In this document: positions 1 through 12,300 of the stretch, one piece after another | Numbering within the stretch: the first letter of the stretch is position 1 | Layout: every line of letters begins with the position of its first letter | Source: Auanema rhodensis | Lineage: Eukaryota; Animalia; Nematoda | Assembly (NCBI GenBank): GCA_964057225.1 | Contig: OZ059896.1 | Location: 16,120,001-16,184,000, forward strand | Length of the DNA stretch: 64,000 bases | Direction: 5' to 3' | Translations under genes and position numbers: made by a program | The notes under the pieces: generated by a model | The model's database searches: none | The model's input: the letters and a program-made list of their open reading frames with translations, nothing else | Told to the model about the DNA's origin: nothing

Positions 1-619
1 AAGAAATATATATATACGTGAGGTGTAGACGGGTCTGGTTAAGATACGAAAGTACCCGCAACCCATTATTCTTTGCAGAGCTTTCAAATTAAAAAAAAAA
101 AATTTTTTTTACTAAAATCACTAATCTAAGACTATATATATATTTTAACTGTCTGACTCAGAAAATACCTTTTTTTTCCGAAAACTAATAGAACTGACGT
201 TTGTTTTCTCATTTTGAACAAAAGATTCATGACATTATCAAGGTGTTAGATAAAAATAGGACAGGATAGTACTCGATGAGCTATGACAAATTTGGCTACA
301 TGCCTGCCATGCTTTATCATCATGATATTCATCTATCTTAATAATTTGCAAATGTTTTGACCATTATACAGCTAAAACTGTGTTTTAGTTGACATACACT
401 GAATGTGTGATCGTCTAGTAGCTTACTGATTCATCCTTGCCGTTTGAAATTGTCTTTGTGATACCGCTCTTTTCATGGTTATTCTCAAATATAGTTATGA
501 ATATTATTGATATCAGAGTATGAATGCATTCTTAAGTACATTTTAGCTACTCATTTCATTATTTTTCTATTTTATAGATAATTGAAAATTAAAATAAATG
601 ATCATTCTTATAGAATACA

Positions 620-3600
620 ATGACAAGAACATTGATGAATTACAAACAAGCATATCCATTTGATGCCCTAAGTATGCCTTATGATGATGAAGACGTTACA
701 GTCAATGATGATAGTCATCAACCATTTGCCAGCCGACGGCCACGATCTCGAAGTGTTTGTCTGAAAATCTGTATACCTGCCACAGTTCTTATATTTATAA
801 TTGGATCCGGATGGTTCATACACAGCACAGGTTAGTTATAATTTGAAATGTTCATTGATTTTATTTGATTTTCCCGAAAAAGTGTTTTATTACTGCTTAG
901 TTTTTCTAATATAATATCAAATTATGGTTTCAAAGTGTGTCAGCAACTGTCATCAACTGATAAGACACTTCCGTTCATGCCATCAAAACAATTTTAAGAT
1001 GCTTTTGAATAGATGTAACTCTTCTATCTAATATGATGCTCTTACTATACATTCTATAACTCTTCAATTTAATTAATATTCACTGCCTATACTATCTATA
1101 TGACAAGTGGATATAGCAACAATCATACATATAACATCGATTATTTCTGCATAATATACAACTTTTACCTCAAAATGTTCATTCGTATATACAAACTACA
1201 TCATCATCTATCTGTATTTTCCAATGTACATTCCAATTATTGTTCAACTATCTATAGTTATAAGTTATGAAGGTAAGAAAAAATTTATATTTTTAACAAA
1301 ATATCAAAAAAAGATCATGATTACAATTCTCTCTCAAGATGCACACTGTTATTTCGCTCTCTCAAGATGCACACTGTTACTTCGCTCTCTCAAGATGCAC
1401 ACTGTTACTTCGCTCTCTCAAGATGCACACTATTATCTCGCTCTCTAGATATAATCATTTCAAACTATAACTGTGCAAGATTTATTTCTTTTTTCACTCA
1501 AATATTGCTTTTTAAACTTTTTCTTCTCCCTTTTCGTTGTCTACTCTTTCTTATGATCGACAAAACTACCACTTCTTGATATGTGTAGATCTTATGATGA
1601 AATTCTCGAGCCTTCTATACATCTGGTCACACATGGTCATCATGTACCATTTCTGTGTTTCAAACAATACATGTGTCATGTATATATGGAAGAAACACTT
1701 TTTTTGATCATTTTTTCTAAACTTCTCATATGGGAGAACATCTGCTTTTTTCTTGTAAAAATTCTCAGCCACGCATGTTGAATAGACAGTTGGAACTATC
1801 ACCTGAGTTTCATTCTGTTGCTGTTTCATCTATCTTCCTTTAATACTAATCTATCTACTTATTGAATAGTATATTTGCAAAAGTTTCGAATCTTTTGATG
1901 TAATGTCTATAAACAGTCGTAAGCCTAGTATTTCTCAGCGTATTCGAAGCTTTTTAGGTGAGATTGCGTGAATTTCAAATATTTAAGTTATAAGGGCAAG
2001 TAATAAGTATTTAAATAATATTCTAAACATAACTTCTATTTATTGATTTTCATATTTCAGAGGCTTGTTTGCCGGGATGGTTTAACGAACCACCATCATC
2101 TATGAGTCTTGAAGGTATAGTTTGTAGATAAAACATTGATTACTACATAAAACTATAAACTATGTGATTTAGGAAGTACTGAAATGCCAACGAGTATGGA
2201 GAATGATAGCATGATACAAGGATCTGGTTTCGATGACAGCGGATTGGAACTTCAAAAATCTACAGATTCCTTTGATAGTGAAGAAAGTAAGTCACTAATA
2301 AGAATGAATTGAAAATATAAACACTATGCTATTCAGATTTTGATATTTACGGTCCTGCTGCTCCGATATTACGTGACGAAAAGCTGGAAGAAACTCGAAA
2401 ATTGCTTCAGAATGAATTATGTGGAGGTATGTTGTCATTATCTCTTCATTCACTTTATACTATTATTATATTATTAAAAGAGAGTTTCACGTGGAAGAGT
2501 GCAACGATTAATCATTTTACCCTTTCAGATTGGTGTGAAGCCGGAGGCGAATGCGTCATCGATGTTGATCCTCATACATATAAACTGATTAGTCGACACT
2601 GTAACTGTCCTCCTGATCGTTTCGGTATAAGATGCCAAACACCGTATGTGAGACAAGTTTTTGAACCTGTGAAAGGAGCTAATCTTAATGTTGAAAAGTA
2701 TATTTAAAGTGTGATAGATGATGATTTCTCATATTTTGCTATTTTCTTTATTAGACCGTCTGTTCCCGTCATCTTTTTTCTTATAATTCTTCTAATGATG
2801 GCGGTTGGCTTGGTTAGATATACTTATCTTAAGTAAGTGCTTATATTCTATTTCTCATTTTATATAATTAATATAATAACTAATCAATATATTATAGTTA
2901 TTTGATTATAGATGCTCACGTCGTCATGAATATGGCTATACACCGTCCAGTACTTTGACCGAGCATCATCATCTTCGTCGAAGTGCATTGTCCGGTAGTG
3001 CCCTATCGGATGGCTCAATGCGAAGAGGACCAGCTCGCACACCGTTTTCTCCATCACCAAAGATGTAAGAATCGCTTATAAATAATATTGGAATTTATAT
3101 ATTGAACTAATTGTATTCAGGTATTACCGTTTAACTGATTACTGGTCACCAGGCCAGCCTATCATGAAGCCATGTTCAAATCTGTCTGCACCTTACTCGA
3201 GCATCTGCCAGCTAAAGCAATTAGTGAGTACTCTTGTATACAGAATGTTCGACAAATGGTCAAACATTTTTTTTGAAATATTTCACAATTCTCTAACCAT
3301 TTCAAGCATGTTGCTTTTAAAAATTTGAATTATTTGTTCTCTTTTCAGACTATTCTCAGTCGTTCGGATATATCAGCCAATTCATCAGCACCGGTTAGTT
3401 GAAATTTTTGAATTTTGAAATTAAAACACGTCAACTCTTCACGCAACTTTCGTGACTCATCATTCTTCTGTATGTATGCTCATTGAACGGTCGTATTTTT
3501 GTTTACTCAATCACTATTGTTCCCGCAATACTGCATGTACTATTCGGCAAATAATAATTTGAAATAAAATAAGCTGTTAAACATTCGGGATTTCAGGTAA

Positions 3601-3812
3601 ATCTTACAAATGGGTCTTCCAACATCTCATCAAACACTATCTTGATGACACATAAAGACTGCGAAATCTCTACGTTATCTGAACCTTCTCGTGTCCTCAT
3701 GGAAACAGCAAATAGTGCGACAGTCGTTACGGCTTCTGATTCCATATCAGCATTATCGATTGCTACAGCATGTGAAGAAGCTCAGGATGCGCAGCAGAAA
3801 GAGAAGGATTAA
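620..3812 (+). CDS. lin-3: EGF-family transmembrane ligand LIN-3 (multi-exon)
   Basis: The spliced product contains EACLPGWF (C. elegans LIN-3 has ESCLPSWF), a 6-Cys EGF domain (CGDWCEAGGEC...HCNCPPDRFGIRC), YVRQVFEPVKG, a TM segment PSVPVIFFLIILLMMAVGLV and a cytoplasmic tail ending TAA at 3810-3812. GT..AG junctions keep the frame. Confidence 0.85.
1329..1446. repeat. 28-bp minisatellite (CTCTCTCAAGATGCACACTGTTACTTCG), ~4.2 copies, in lin-3 intron 1
   Basis: Copies are directly visible starting at 1329, 1357, 1385 and 1413. Confidence 0.95.
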
Positions 3813-4467
3813 CTGTAAAAGCATTATCAACCTCATTACTACCTTCTCAGGCCTTATTAGTAATCTGATCAAAATAGTTGGTAAAATCTCTTAGAGCAGG
3901 TTTCGTTAGAGAATTTTCAAAATTTTTATTAATTTTATATAATTATAATGTTCTGACTTTGTTTAATTCAAGTTCTAACTCCGCGGAAGAAATTTACTAA
4001 TACAATTCTATGTGAGCCATCCTGAAATGCATTTTTCTAAGTCGACTATTCCTGTCAGGAATAATATAGGAAATGTTTTATACTTATAAGAATTTTTATT
4101 TGTTTGGCCCCTCTTCTAAACTGATTTGTATGAAATTTATATTTTAATATATATAAGTTGCTCAAGTTTTTGCTTCCATTTTCTCTATTTTAATGATTCG
4201 AATCTGCAACTGAAAACGGGTGTCTTTTTTGCTTTTATGACAATCTTTTTATAAATATTTTTTATTTTATATGTTAAAAAGGAAACAAAGAAAACACACA
4301 TATATATATATGAAATACATTGGACAATATTTAAAAGGAGTTATATCAAACTTTTAGAATATGTATAGGTATATACATTCGTTGTGAAAGTCAATAAAAT
4401 ATCTTCAGGAATGTATACACGAGATCAAACGCTAATGTTCATAAAAGTATTTATATAGAATGTTAAT

Positions 4468-5823
4468 TAACAACTTCTATTCCCTTTCTCTTCGTCAAGT
4501 ATAGAACTTTTTTCATCTATTTCTTCATCTTCTGGTACTATGACTTCTTCAGGGAAATCTAGAAAAGTCTCCGCCGGTTGACCACGCACTTTTTCACAAA
4601 AATTCAAAAATTCTTCATAAGAAAATTTGTCTGCGGATATGTTCAATGAAGCTTCAATAATTTGCTCTAGTTTAGCTTCTCTTTCAGAAACAGTTAGCTA
4701 AATAACGGTTGATAAAGAAAAATCGAAAATAATATGATTTGAACCTCATATACAAGGTCCTTCTGATCAGCTTGAATCGATTTACTACACGTTTCTCGCT
4801 CAGGAAAATTGAATTGCTTTTCAGAATCACTGAGAATTGGAGTGGAAGCTATAAAACTTGTATAATCGAACACATACTGTGATTGAAATCATACCTCTAG
4901 GTATTCTTTGAGTAGATAATGGTGCAAAAGTTTCATTAAAATTAGTATTTGGATGTTTAAATATCTGAAAAGAAGTAAAATTTCTTAAGACTATGTAGAT
5001 ATAAAGCATACAGAATGGTTAGGATTAGGTTTGCTGTTGTTGATAGAAGCATAACGATTTTGAAATCCAGAAGGCCGACCGAATTCAACCTACATACACA
5101 ATGATCAATTTGATAAAAAAAACAGTTTTTTTTACTTTTTTCGTAGGAAGGACAGATGCCGAACTTTGATATATCGACGTATTCTGGGAATCTATTGTAG
5201 TTGTATCCATATTATGAGAAGTTTGTCGAAAGGTCATCATCGTATATTCCCGTTTCTAAAGTTTTAATAAGATATTACAAAGATGACTGAGAATGCATCT
5301 TACAAGGGAACCTAATTCCTCTCGCAAATTTTTTATTTCAATGTTCTTCTTATCTTCTAATTCTCTTTTCTGTCTATTAAATTCATATTCCTTAAAATTG
5401 ATAGAGGTTGAGGAGTATTAAGCTGGACCAGTATACCCTTGCAGCTTTTTCTTTTTCTAACTTCATCAGAGCTACTTGAGCGTTTTCTTTTTGTTTTTTC
5501 AACATAATCATCTGGCCGATATCAGCTAACTGTGATTGGTACTGAACAATTCAAAACATAGCTTGAAATTTTATATTTTAATCAGAACCTGACTCTGTGG
5601 AAAAACTTGTGAAGGCTGATTGGCTACATTTGGCTGAGTGGCTAAAAAACTTGGACCATCATCATCGAAACTTTCATTCAGTTCTGAAGATGATTATAGC
5701 ATACGACCTGGTCAATCATGCTGGAGCCTTACCACCACCAATGTTCTCAGCTCTAGGATCTTCAAAGGAATCATCTAAATTCTCAACTCGGGGTCGTTTG
5801 GCAGAAGGCCGAAATTGAGCCAT
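4468..5823 (-). CDS. Uncharacterised protein: acidic N-terminus, SQ/TQ cluster, coiled coil (ATRIP-like motifs); 3' end approximate
   Basis: A TTTTCAG acceptor precedes the ATG at 5823. About 8 in-frame exons give MAQFRPSAKRPRVENLDDSFEDP...SFLATQ...LMKLEKEKAAREYEFNRQKRELEDKKNIEIKNLREEL...EEFLNFCEKVRG. Confidence 0.7.
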
Positions 5824-6218
5824 ATTCAGGCTGAAAACTATTTTTAAACAATTGGTTGAAATTATAATGAAGATAAGGAATGTTGTGTGTAACAAAAACA
5901 ATAACAGCTTGAACAATATTATCAGTTTTACTGAATTATTACCACCAGAATTTGCAAAAATCACGAATACAACGATAGAAAATGATAAAAACAAGCATTT
6001 GAAAAAAGAATCAATTATATGTGGAAGTTGTTGATTGAAACCCGCAATCAGTTAGGGTAAGTACAAACATTATAAACATCATTCATCACAGCTTATAGGG
6101 GCAAGACTTAGTTATACTATCACACAAAAAAAAGAAAAATCTAGCTTAAAATACTAAGCGAAATCTTGAAAGCATTTGCTATGAACTTAACTAAAAAGGT
6201 GAATATTCACCTCACAAA

Positions 6219-8129
6219 TTAACTGCTACTCCTTCGATACCGTCGTTGCCGCCACCATTTTTCTTTTCAGGTTTTTTCGCCGGAGTAAGGCGTCGGTTCT
6301 CGTCGAGTTCCGCTCGGAAGTATGATATAGTCTTTCTAAGTCCATCATGCATGCTAACCTAAAAGGATTCCAATTCATTTCAAAACGTAAAGATTAGGAA
6401 CTTACATTAGGCTTCCATCCAATTTCTTTAGCAGCGCGATCAATGTCTGGTCGGCGCTGTTGTGGATCATCTTCTTGAGAAGGTCTTTCGACAATTTCAG
6501 AAGCACTGCCTGAAATAGTAAGAGGTAAATTACGAAGCGAAATAAAGTGAAAAATACCTACTAAATCCCTGATAATATGAGCAAATTCTTGAATCGTATG
6601 TTCTTCTGGATTACCAAGATTTACAGGTAAGGAATAATTACTATTCATTAGTTTGATCAATCCATCAACTAAATCGTCAACATATTGAAAAGATCGTGTT
6701 TGTGATCCATTTCCATAAACCTTAAAGAAATATTTTTCAGATAGTTTTAAAGTTGCGATACTCACAGTCATAGGCTTGCCTTGTAAAGCTTGAATTATAA
6801 AATTAGAAACAACTCTGCCATCATTCATATGCATACGAGGACCAAAGGTATTGAAAATCCTTGCAATACGAATGTTTATTCCATCCTGAAAATGAAGTTA
6901 ATTATATTAACTATTTATTACAAGTAAATTACATGTTTACTATAAGCCATCATCAAAGATTCGGCAACTCTTTTTCCTTCATCATAACAACTTCTAGGGC
7001 CAATAGTGTTGACATGACCCCAATAAGTTTCTGGTTGAGGGTGAACCTACAAAATTATTTATTAAAGAATAAAAATAAAACATGAATATATAAAAAGAGT
7101 TAAAAAACAACTATTTGAAACATTTAGAGCAAAATAAATCTAACTCACTTCAGGATCTCCATATATTTCAGATGTAGATGCTAGTAAAACAGTAGCTTTG
7201 GTCCTCCTATATGACAATATCTTATTTAAAAAAAATAGATGAAGGTATAGACGAACTTGGCTAATCCCAGCATATTAATAGTTCCTAATGTATTGGTTTT
7301 GATAGTTTTCACAGGATTATACATGTAATGAGGTGGAGAAGCAGGAGATGCGAGATGATAAACTTGATCAACTAAACCCAAGTTGTAACAAAATGAAAAC
7401 AAAAAGTAGAATATACCTTCAGCAAAATAAGGATTAATAACATCATGATGAACAAGTTCAAAATTAGGATGCCCAATCCAATGTTCAATATTTCGTTTTC
7501 TACCCGTAAAATAGTTATCCAAAGCAATAACCTGACAACAAAATAAAAAGTATTTAGAGTTTAAATTATGACTTTCTAACCTCATGGCCGTCACGTAAAA
7601 GTCTATCAACTAAATGAGATCCAACAAAACCAGCACCACCTGTGACCAGAATACGCTTAACTGAATCTTCGGTGCGATACCGTACTTCAGGATACACTTT
7701 TCTAAAAAAACATAAGTACGAGAAAACAGATAATAGATAAAAACCCTGAGAGTTTAGTAGAACTAATTCTATTCTTTAATGATTTTATTTCAGCTTCCAT
7801 ACTTTCTATTCGTCTTGCCATCTCTATGACGGTTTCAGTGTCAGTGAAAGTATCTTCAGCACCACTGAGAGAAAAAATATATTGAAGTAAATTCAGAAAA
7901 AATGATAAACGATAACAACTTACTGAACTCTTCTGGACATTTCGTCAGCTAACGAATCCTTCTCACTGTTTAAATCAACCACTGATATTAGAAGAGCTAC
8001 TGAAAACAAGGACCACGTTTTCCACGTATATAACATCCATAACTTACAAATCATAAGGAAAGACAGAGAAACCATAACGATTGGATTAGGTTTTTTTAAA
8101 AGCTTTATAAATCTATCCACATACACCAT
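6219..8129 (-). CDS. sqv-1: UDP-glucuronic acid decarboxylase (UDP-xylose synthase)
   Basis: N-terminal TM anchor followed by [61 protein letters not shown] and [10 protein letters not shown]. Confidence 0.96.
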
Positions 8130-9396
8130 GCATATATCATTAACGTATCCGTGATCTTAAATATGCAATTGAGTACGTTGAAAGAAAAAATTTTTCGAAA
8201 AAGAAAAAACCATTTTAAAGTAATCATCATGAGCTCACTGTATAAAATCGATTATAAATATAAACATTAATAATGTCCGGAAATTGATCGACTATTTGTA
8301 TACAGAAATATAAATATTAGTTCAACTAAATGTTTTAGACCTCGAAATTCATTGAAAAAAAAAACAATATGAAACAATATGATAGTGAAAGTGACCTTCA
8401 AAGAAACGAGCGATATACAAAAGCAGTTATCAATATAGAAATATAACAATTTACATATTATCTTTGTTTATTTTCAGTACTTACCTTCATATTTAACTTT
8501 TATATAAACTTAAGTATATATTGGATTAAAAATATTAAAAGCAATTTTACTGTTGTACGTGAAAACTGCTTCGTGAATTTGCGTACGCTTTTACTAACTT
8601 AAGGGCACCCGACTACTGTAGGTTCAGTAAGAACAATGTTTTGAAGGGCAAAAAAGATAAAATTTCAGGACAAGACGACATTTGACACGACGTAAGAAAT
8701 ATTCACTGTGATCAACTACGATGAAAATTTTAGCAATAAATGTGGGCGGTTTAAATTTGAGAACAAGTTGAGAATACTTTCGATGATTTCGATTGGGAAG
8801 AACAAGAGGAAGATGAATCTATATGATAGCGCTTGGTGAAGAATAGTATAACATATCGCAAACATTTGCTTTCTCATCTATCGTTGTTAGACACTCCATA
8901 AAAGAATGAAATACGGAAAGTACTAATTGAAATAACCTGTTTGGCAATTTGAGTGAAAACGAAATGTGTGAGGCTAGTGAAATGAATGAGATGAAGAGTC
9001 CCAAACTTTAAATCCATAATACATTTTTATTAATTGTTAATTACATTATTATTTTATTAATATTGTGTATATACTATATGTATATATAGTATTATTTCAT
9101 TTCATTTAACATATTTTCAATAAGTTATAGTATTCTTCACCATGTGCTATATATTAAACGTTATTCAAGTTTTAAAACTCTTCAGATAAGCTAGTGAACC
9201 AAAAATGAAATGCAACCGTTCTGAACGAGACAAAAGCTGAACAATCCAACTATTAGATTATTGTCCAACTAATGCGAGATACATGTTAAGACATGTGATA
9301 AATTTCACAATATAAATAAACAATTTTTTCCCCTCTGGCTTGAACTGAAACAAGATAGATGAGTCAATGAGACGATCCTATCCACTGCATATCTGG

Positions 9397-12300
9397 CTAA
9401 TCGTCATCATCGATAAGAACGGATGCATCGGTTCGAGATTGGTGTGTACGACAAAATGGACATGAACCTTTTTGAAGAACAGCCATCTCATAGTCATCCA
9501 TATGAAAAATCTGAAAAGAAAAGAAAACCATTTTTCTTCTTTACTTCAATGATTTAATAGCCAACCTTCCAACAACTTGTGCAAGTCGTAATAGCTATAG
9601 TTGGCATAACATTAAAAAAATATCGATAACGAAGAGGTGGTGGATACTCCAGAATAATTACCATACTTTTGTTTAATGATAGTAGTTGTTCACGATTAAG
9701 CACAACTTTTTCAATTTTTTTCTGAAATAAATACTATCATGAATGATCGTTTTAACAAATATATTCAGAATTTGAATAAAACTATCTACAAAACTAACCG
9801 AATGTGTTCGAAATGGATGAAAATCATCTTGGTTTAAAGGTGGCTCAGCTTCAATTTGCTGTTTAGCTTCAACTGATTCTATGTTATTTTCTACGAAAAA
9901 TTCTAATAATGGTAATATTTCTTAAATATAATGATTATTAATCTTTAAATTACATTCACAAACCAAATGTAGAAAAGGAGAAAACAAATGGAGTTTTACA
10001 GTGCATGCATTGTAATCCACAACTGAATGGATTATTCAAACCACATCTGTAATGTTTCTGAATGTTTCATTGATATCATTGAAACTATGATAACCTGTAG
10101 CAGATAGGTAACAACTCTTCCACATCTGAGTACGGTTTAGCTCTTATGGTTAGCATAGCAAGATCAACCGTTTGCTAAATAGATAACATTGTAAGAAAAA
10201 ACATTATTGACATTAATAAGATTACTTGGAAACGAATTGGGAGGCGTAGCTTGGTTAGTTGATCCAACGCTTCTCGAGCATACTTGTATGCATGTAGTTC
10301 CCGTCCAAGTGTTGCAATTGTAAAATAAGCTAAGCTGAAAATTAATTAAATTAAAAGATTTTGTAATTAATCTTTTGATAAATCAAACAACATAACTTAC
10401 GCTCTAGAAATATTTGGAACAGGTTTTTGAAAAGATACAAACCGTGCCATGTTGAGCAAGGTTTCTACACTCTGTCCAGTGAATGGTTGATGCTGTAAGT
10501 AGTATGATATGTGAAAAATATTATTACATATAGTATAAACATACTTGAAATGAATAAACATTATCATAAGCATAGTATATTTCAGCCAATGAATTAGCTT
10601 CGTAATAATTTGGTATTAATTCTGGATTATTTTGTGCTCGATCTATATATTGCATAGATAGTAACCAGTAATAGTATCTAAAGATCATGAAAGTTGTCAT
10701 AACAGCTCATATTGGGATTGTCTTTACCCTGCATCAGCATATCTACTTTCATTAACAGCATTTCCTTTTAATTGCTCTAATACTCTCATAGCTTCTTGCT
10801 CGTGCCCCGCTCGATGAAAAGCTTAAATCCAAGACAATCATATACGTAAAACTTGTTATTGAAAACCTTTTTGAGCTTCTTCGAAATGATCGTTTTCGGC
10901 GAGAAATCGAGCATAAGGCAAATACACATCTTCAATGTATTTAGGATAACGATCAGCAATTGCAAACGCCTAAATGATTTGAGTGAAGGATATAAAATGA
11001 AATTCAAGACAAAAAGGAGAGTTTTCCGAATGAAAACGAAAACTGAACATGAAATATACTAACATCTGTCCAATGTCCAGCATGAATATGCATCTGAATC
11101 ATTGATTTTGTATCACTCAATGATGTATATATCTTAGATGCCATTGAATACTCTCCTTTTCGAACGAAATAGCTAGCCAAGTTACGAAGTGTTTCCATAT
11201 CTCCTCTATCAAGCTTACGCATTAGAGTTATAGCTCTGAAAAAAAAAATCATCTAAAGAAGGAAATAATAAATAATTGCTTACAAATCCATCCAATCATT
11301 TTCTACAATTAACTGTGTGGCTTTATCTAAATCTCCGCTTGAAATGAGCATTTCAGCAGCTACCTAGAAACGATTATGTTTTTGATTAAACTTGAGTTTA
11401 TAACTCACCTTCGGTTGATTAGAATCTCGTGCCCAATCAGCTCGCTTACGCATCAGCATCTTCTGTGTTTCTCCAGAAGCTTTTGTCATAACATCCTGGA
11501 AAATAAATATTTTTATGCTTCAAAATCCAAAATTCACCTGGGCGTCGTCAAACATCCGTAAATCTGTAAACAATTCCATAGCCTTATTCTCATAACCATG
11601 CTCTTTATATAAAGCTGCAACTTCTCGGAATCTGGAGTATATGTATAAGTTATAATAACAATAAATAATTTTCAAACCGTTTTTGATATGCCATTATATG
11701 TGCTTTCAACAATACATCTGGTTCACCAGCATTTTTCATATCCTGAAAATTTGAAATGCAAAAATCTCAATATGAAACCTACCATAAGTTCTGTTATTAG
11801 TTGTAATGACCTGTAATCTTTGATACGAGCATAAGCTCTGAAATAAATTATATTATATACTATGCTGTTTTATACAAAAATCTGATTTTATATTTAAAAA
11901 TATATGTTTATACCTTGTAGCAATTTCTAATTCCATATTAATTAAAGCATCATTCGCTAAAATTCTCCAATCTTCTTCTGTTACACCGAGGCTAGCAAGC
12001 TTATACGCTGATCTATAATATTACATAATGTATTTTCTAATAATAGTCATATAAATGATCGTACTCATATTGCTTATTCTCAATATATTGGTATAGTTGG
12101 TTTGAAAATGGAACTTCAAACGCGGTCATTGTGTAATTCTGTAGACAGAAGACTTTGTTACATGAAAATCCAACAACAATTCCCTAAAACAAAATATATA
12201 ATTTCAAAATAAAGTTATTCCAGTTATTACAAGCATTCGTTGTTGAAATCCTGGGTAATTACTTGCTCGAACAACGAGGCTAGTGTCAGATGAAAAGCAA

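Noticed and set aside
1329-1446. 28-bp repeats as a CRISPR array; ORFs 1224-1448 and 1367-1579 as proteins
   Set aside because: The repeats are contiguous with no spacers, in a eukaryotic intron. The repeat-spanning ORFs are by-products of the minisatellite.
1800-1805. CACCTG E-box as the lin-3 anchor-cell enhancer
   Set aside because: A single hexamer, without the paired E-box/NHR arrangement.
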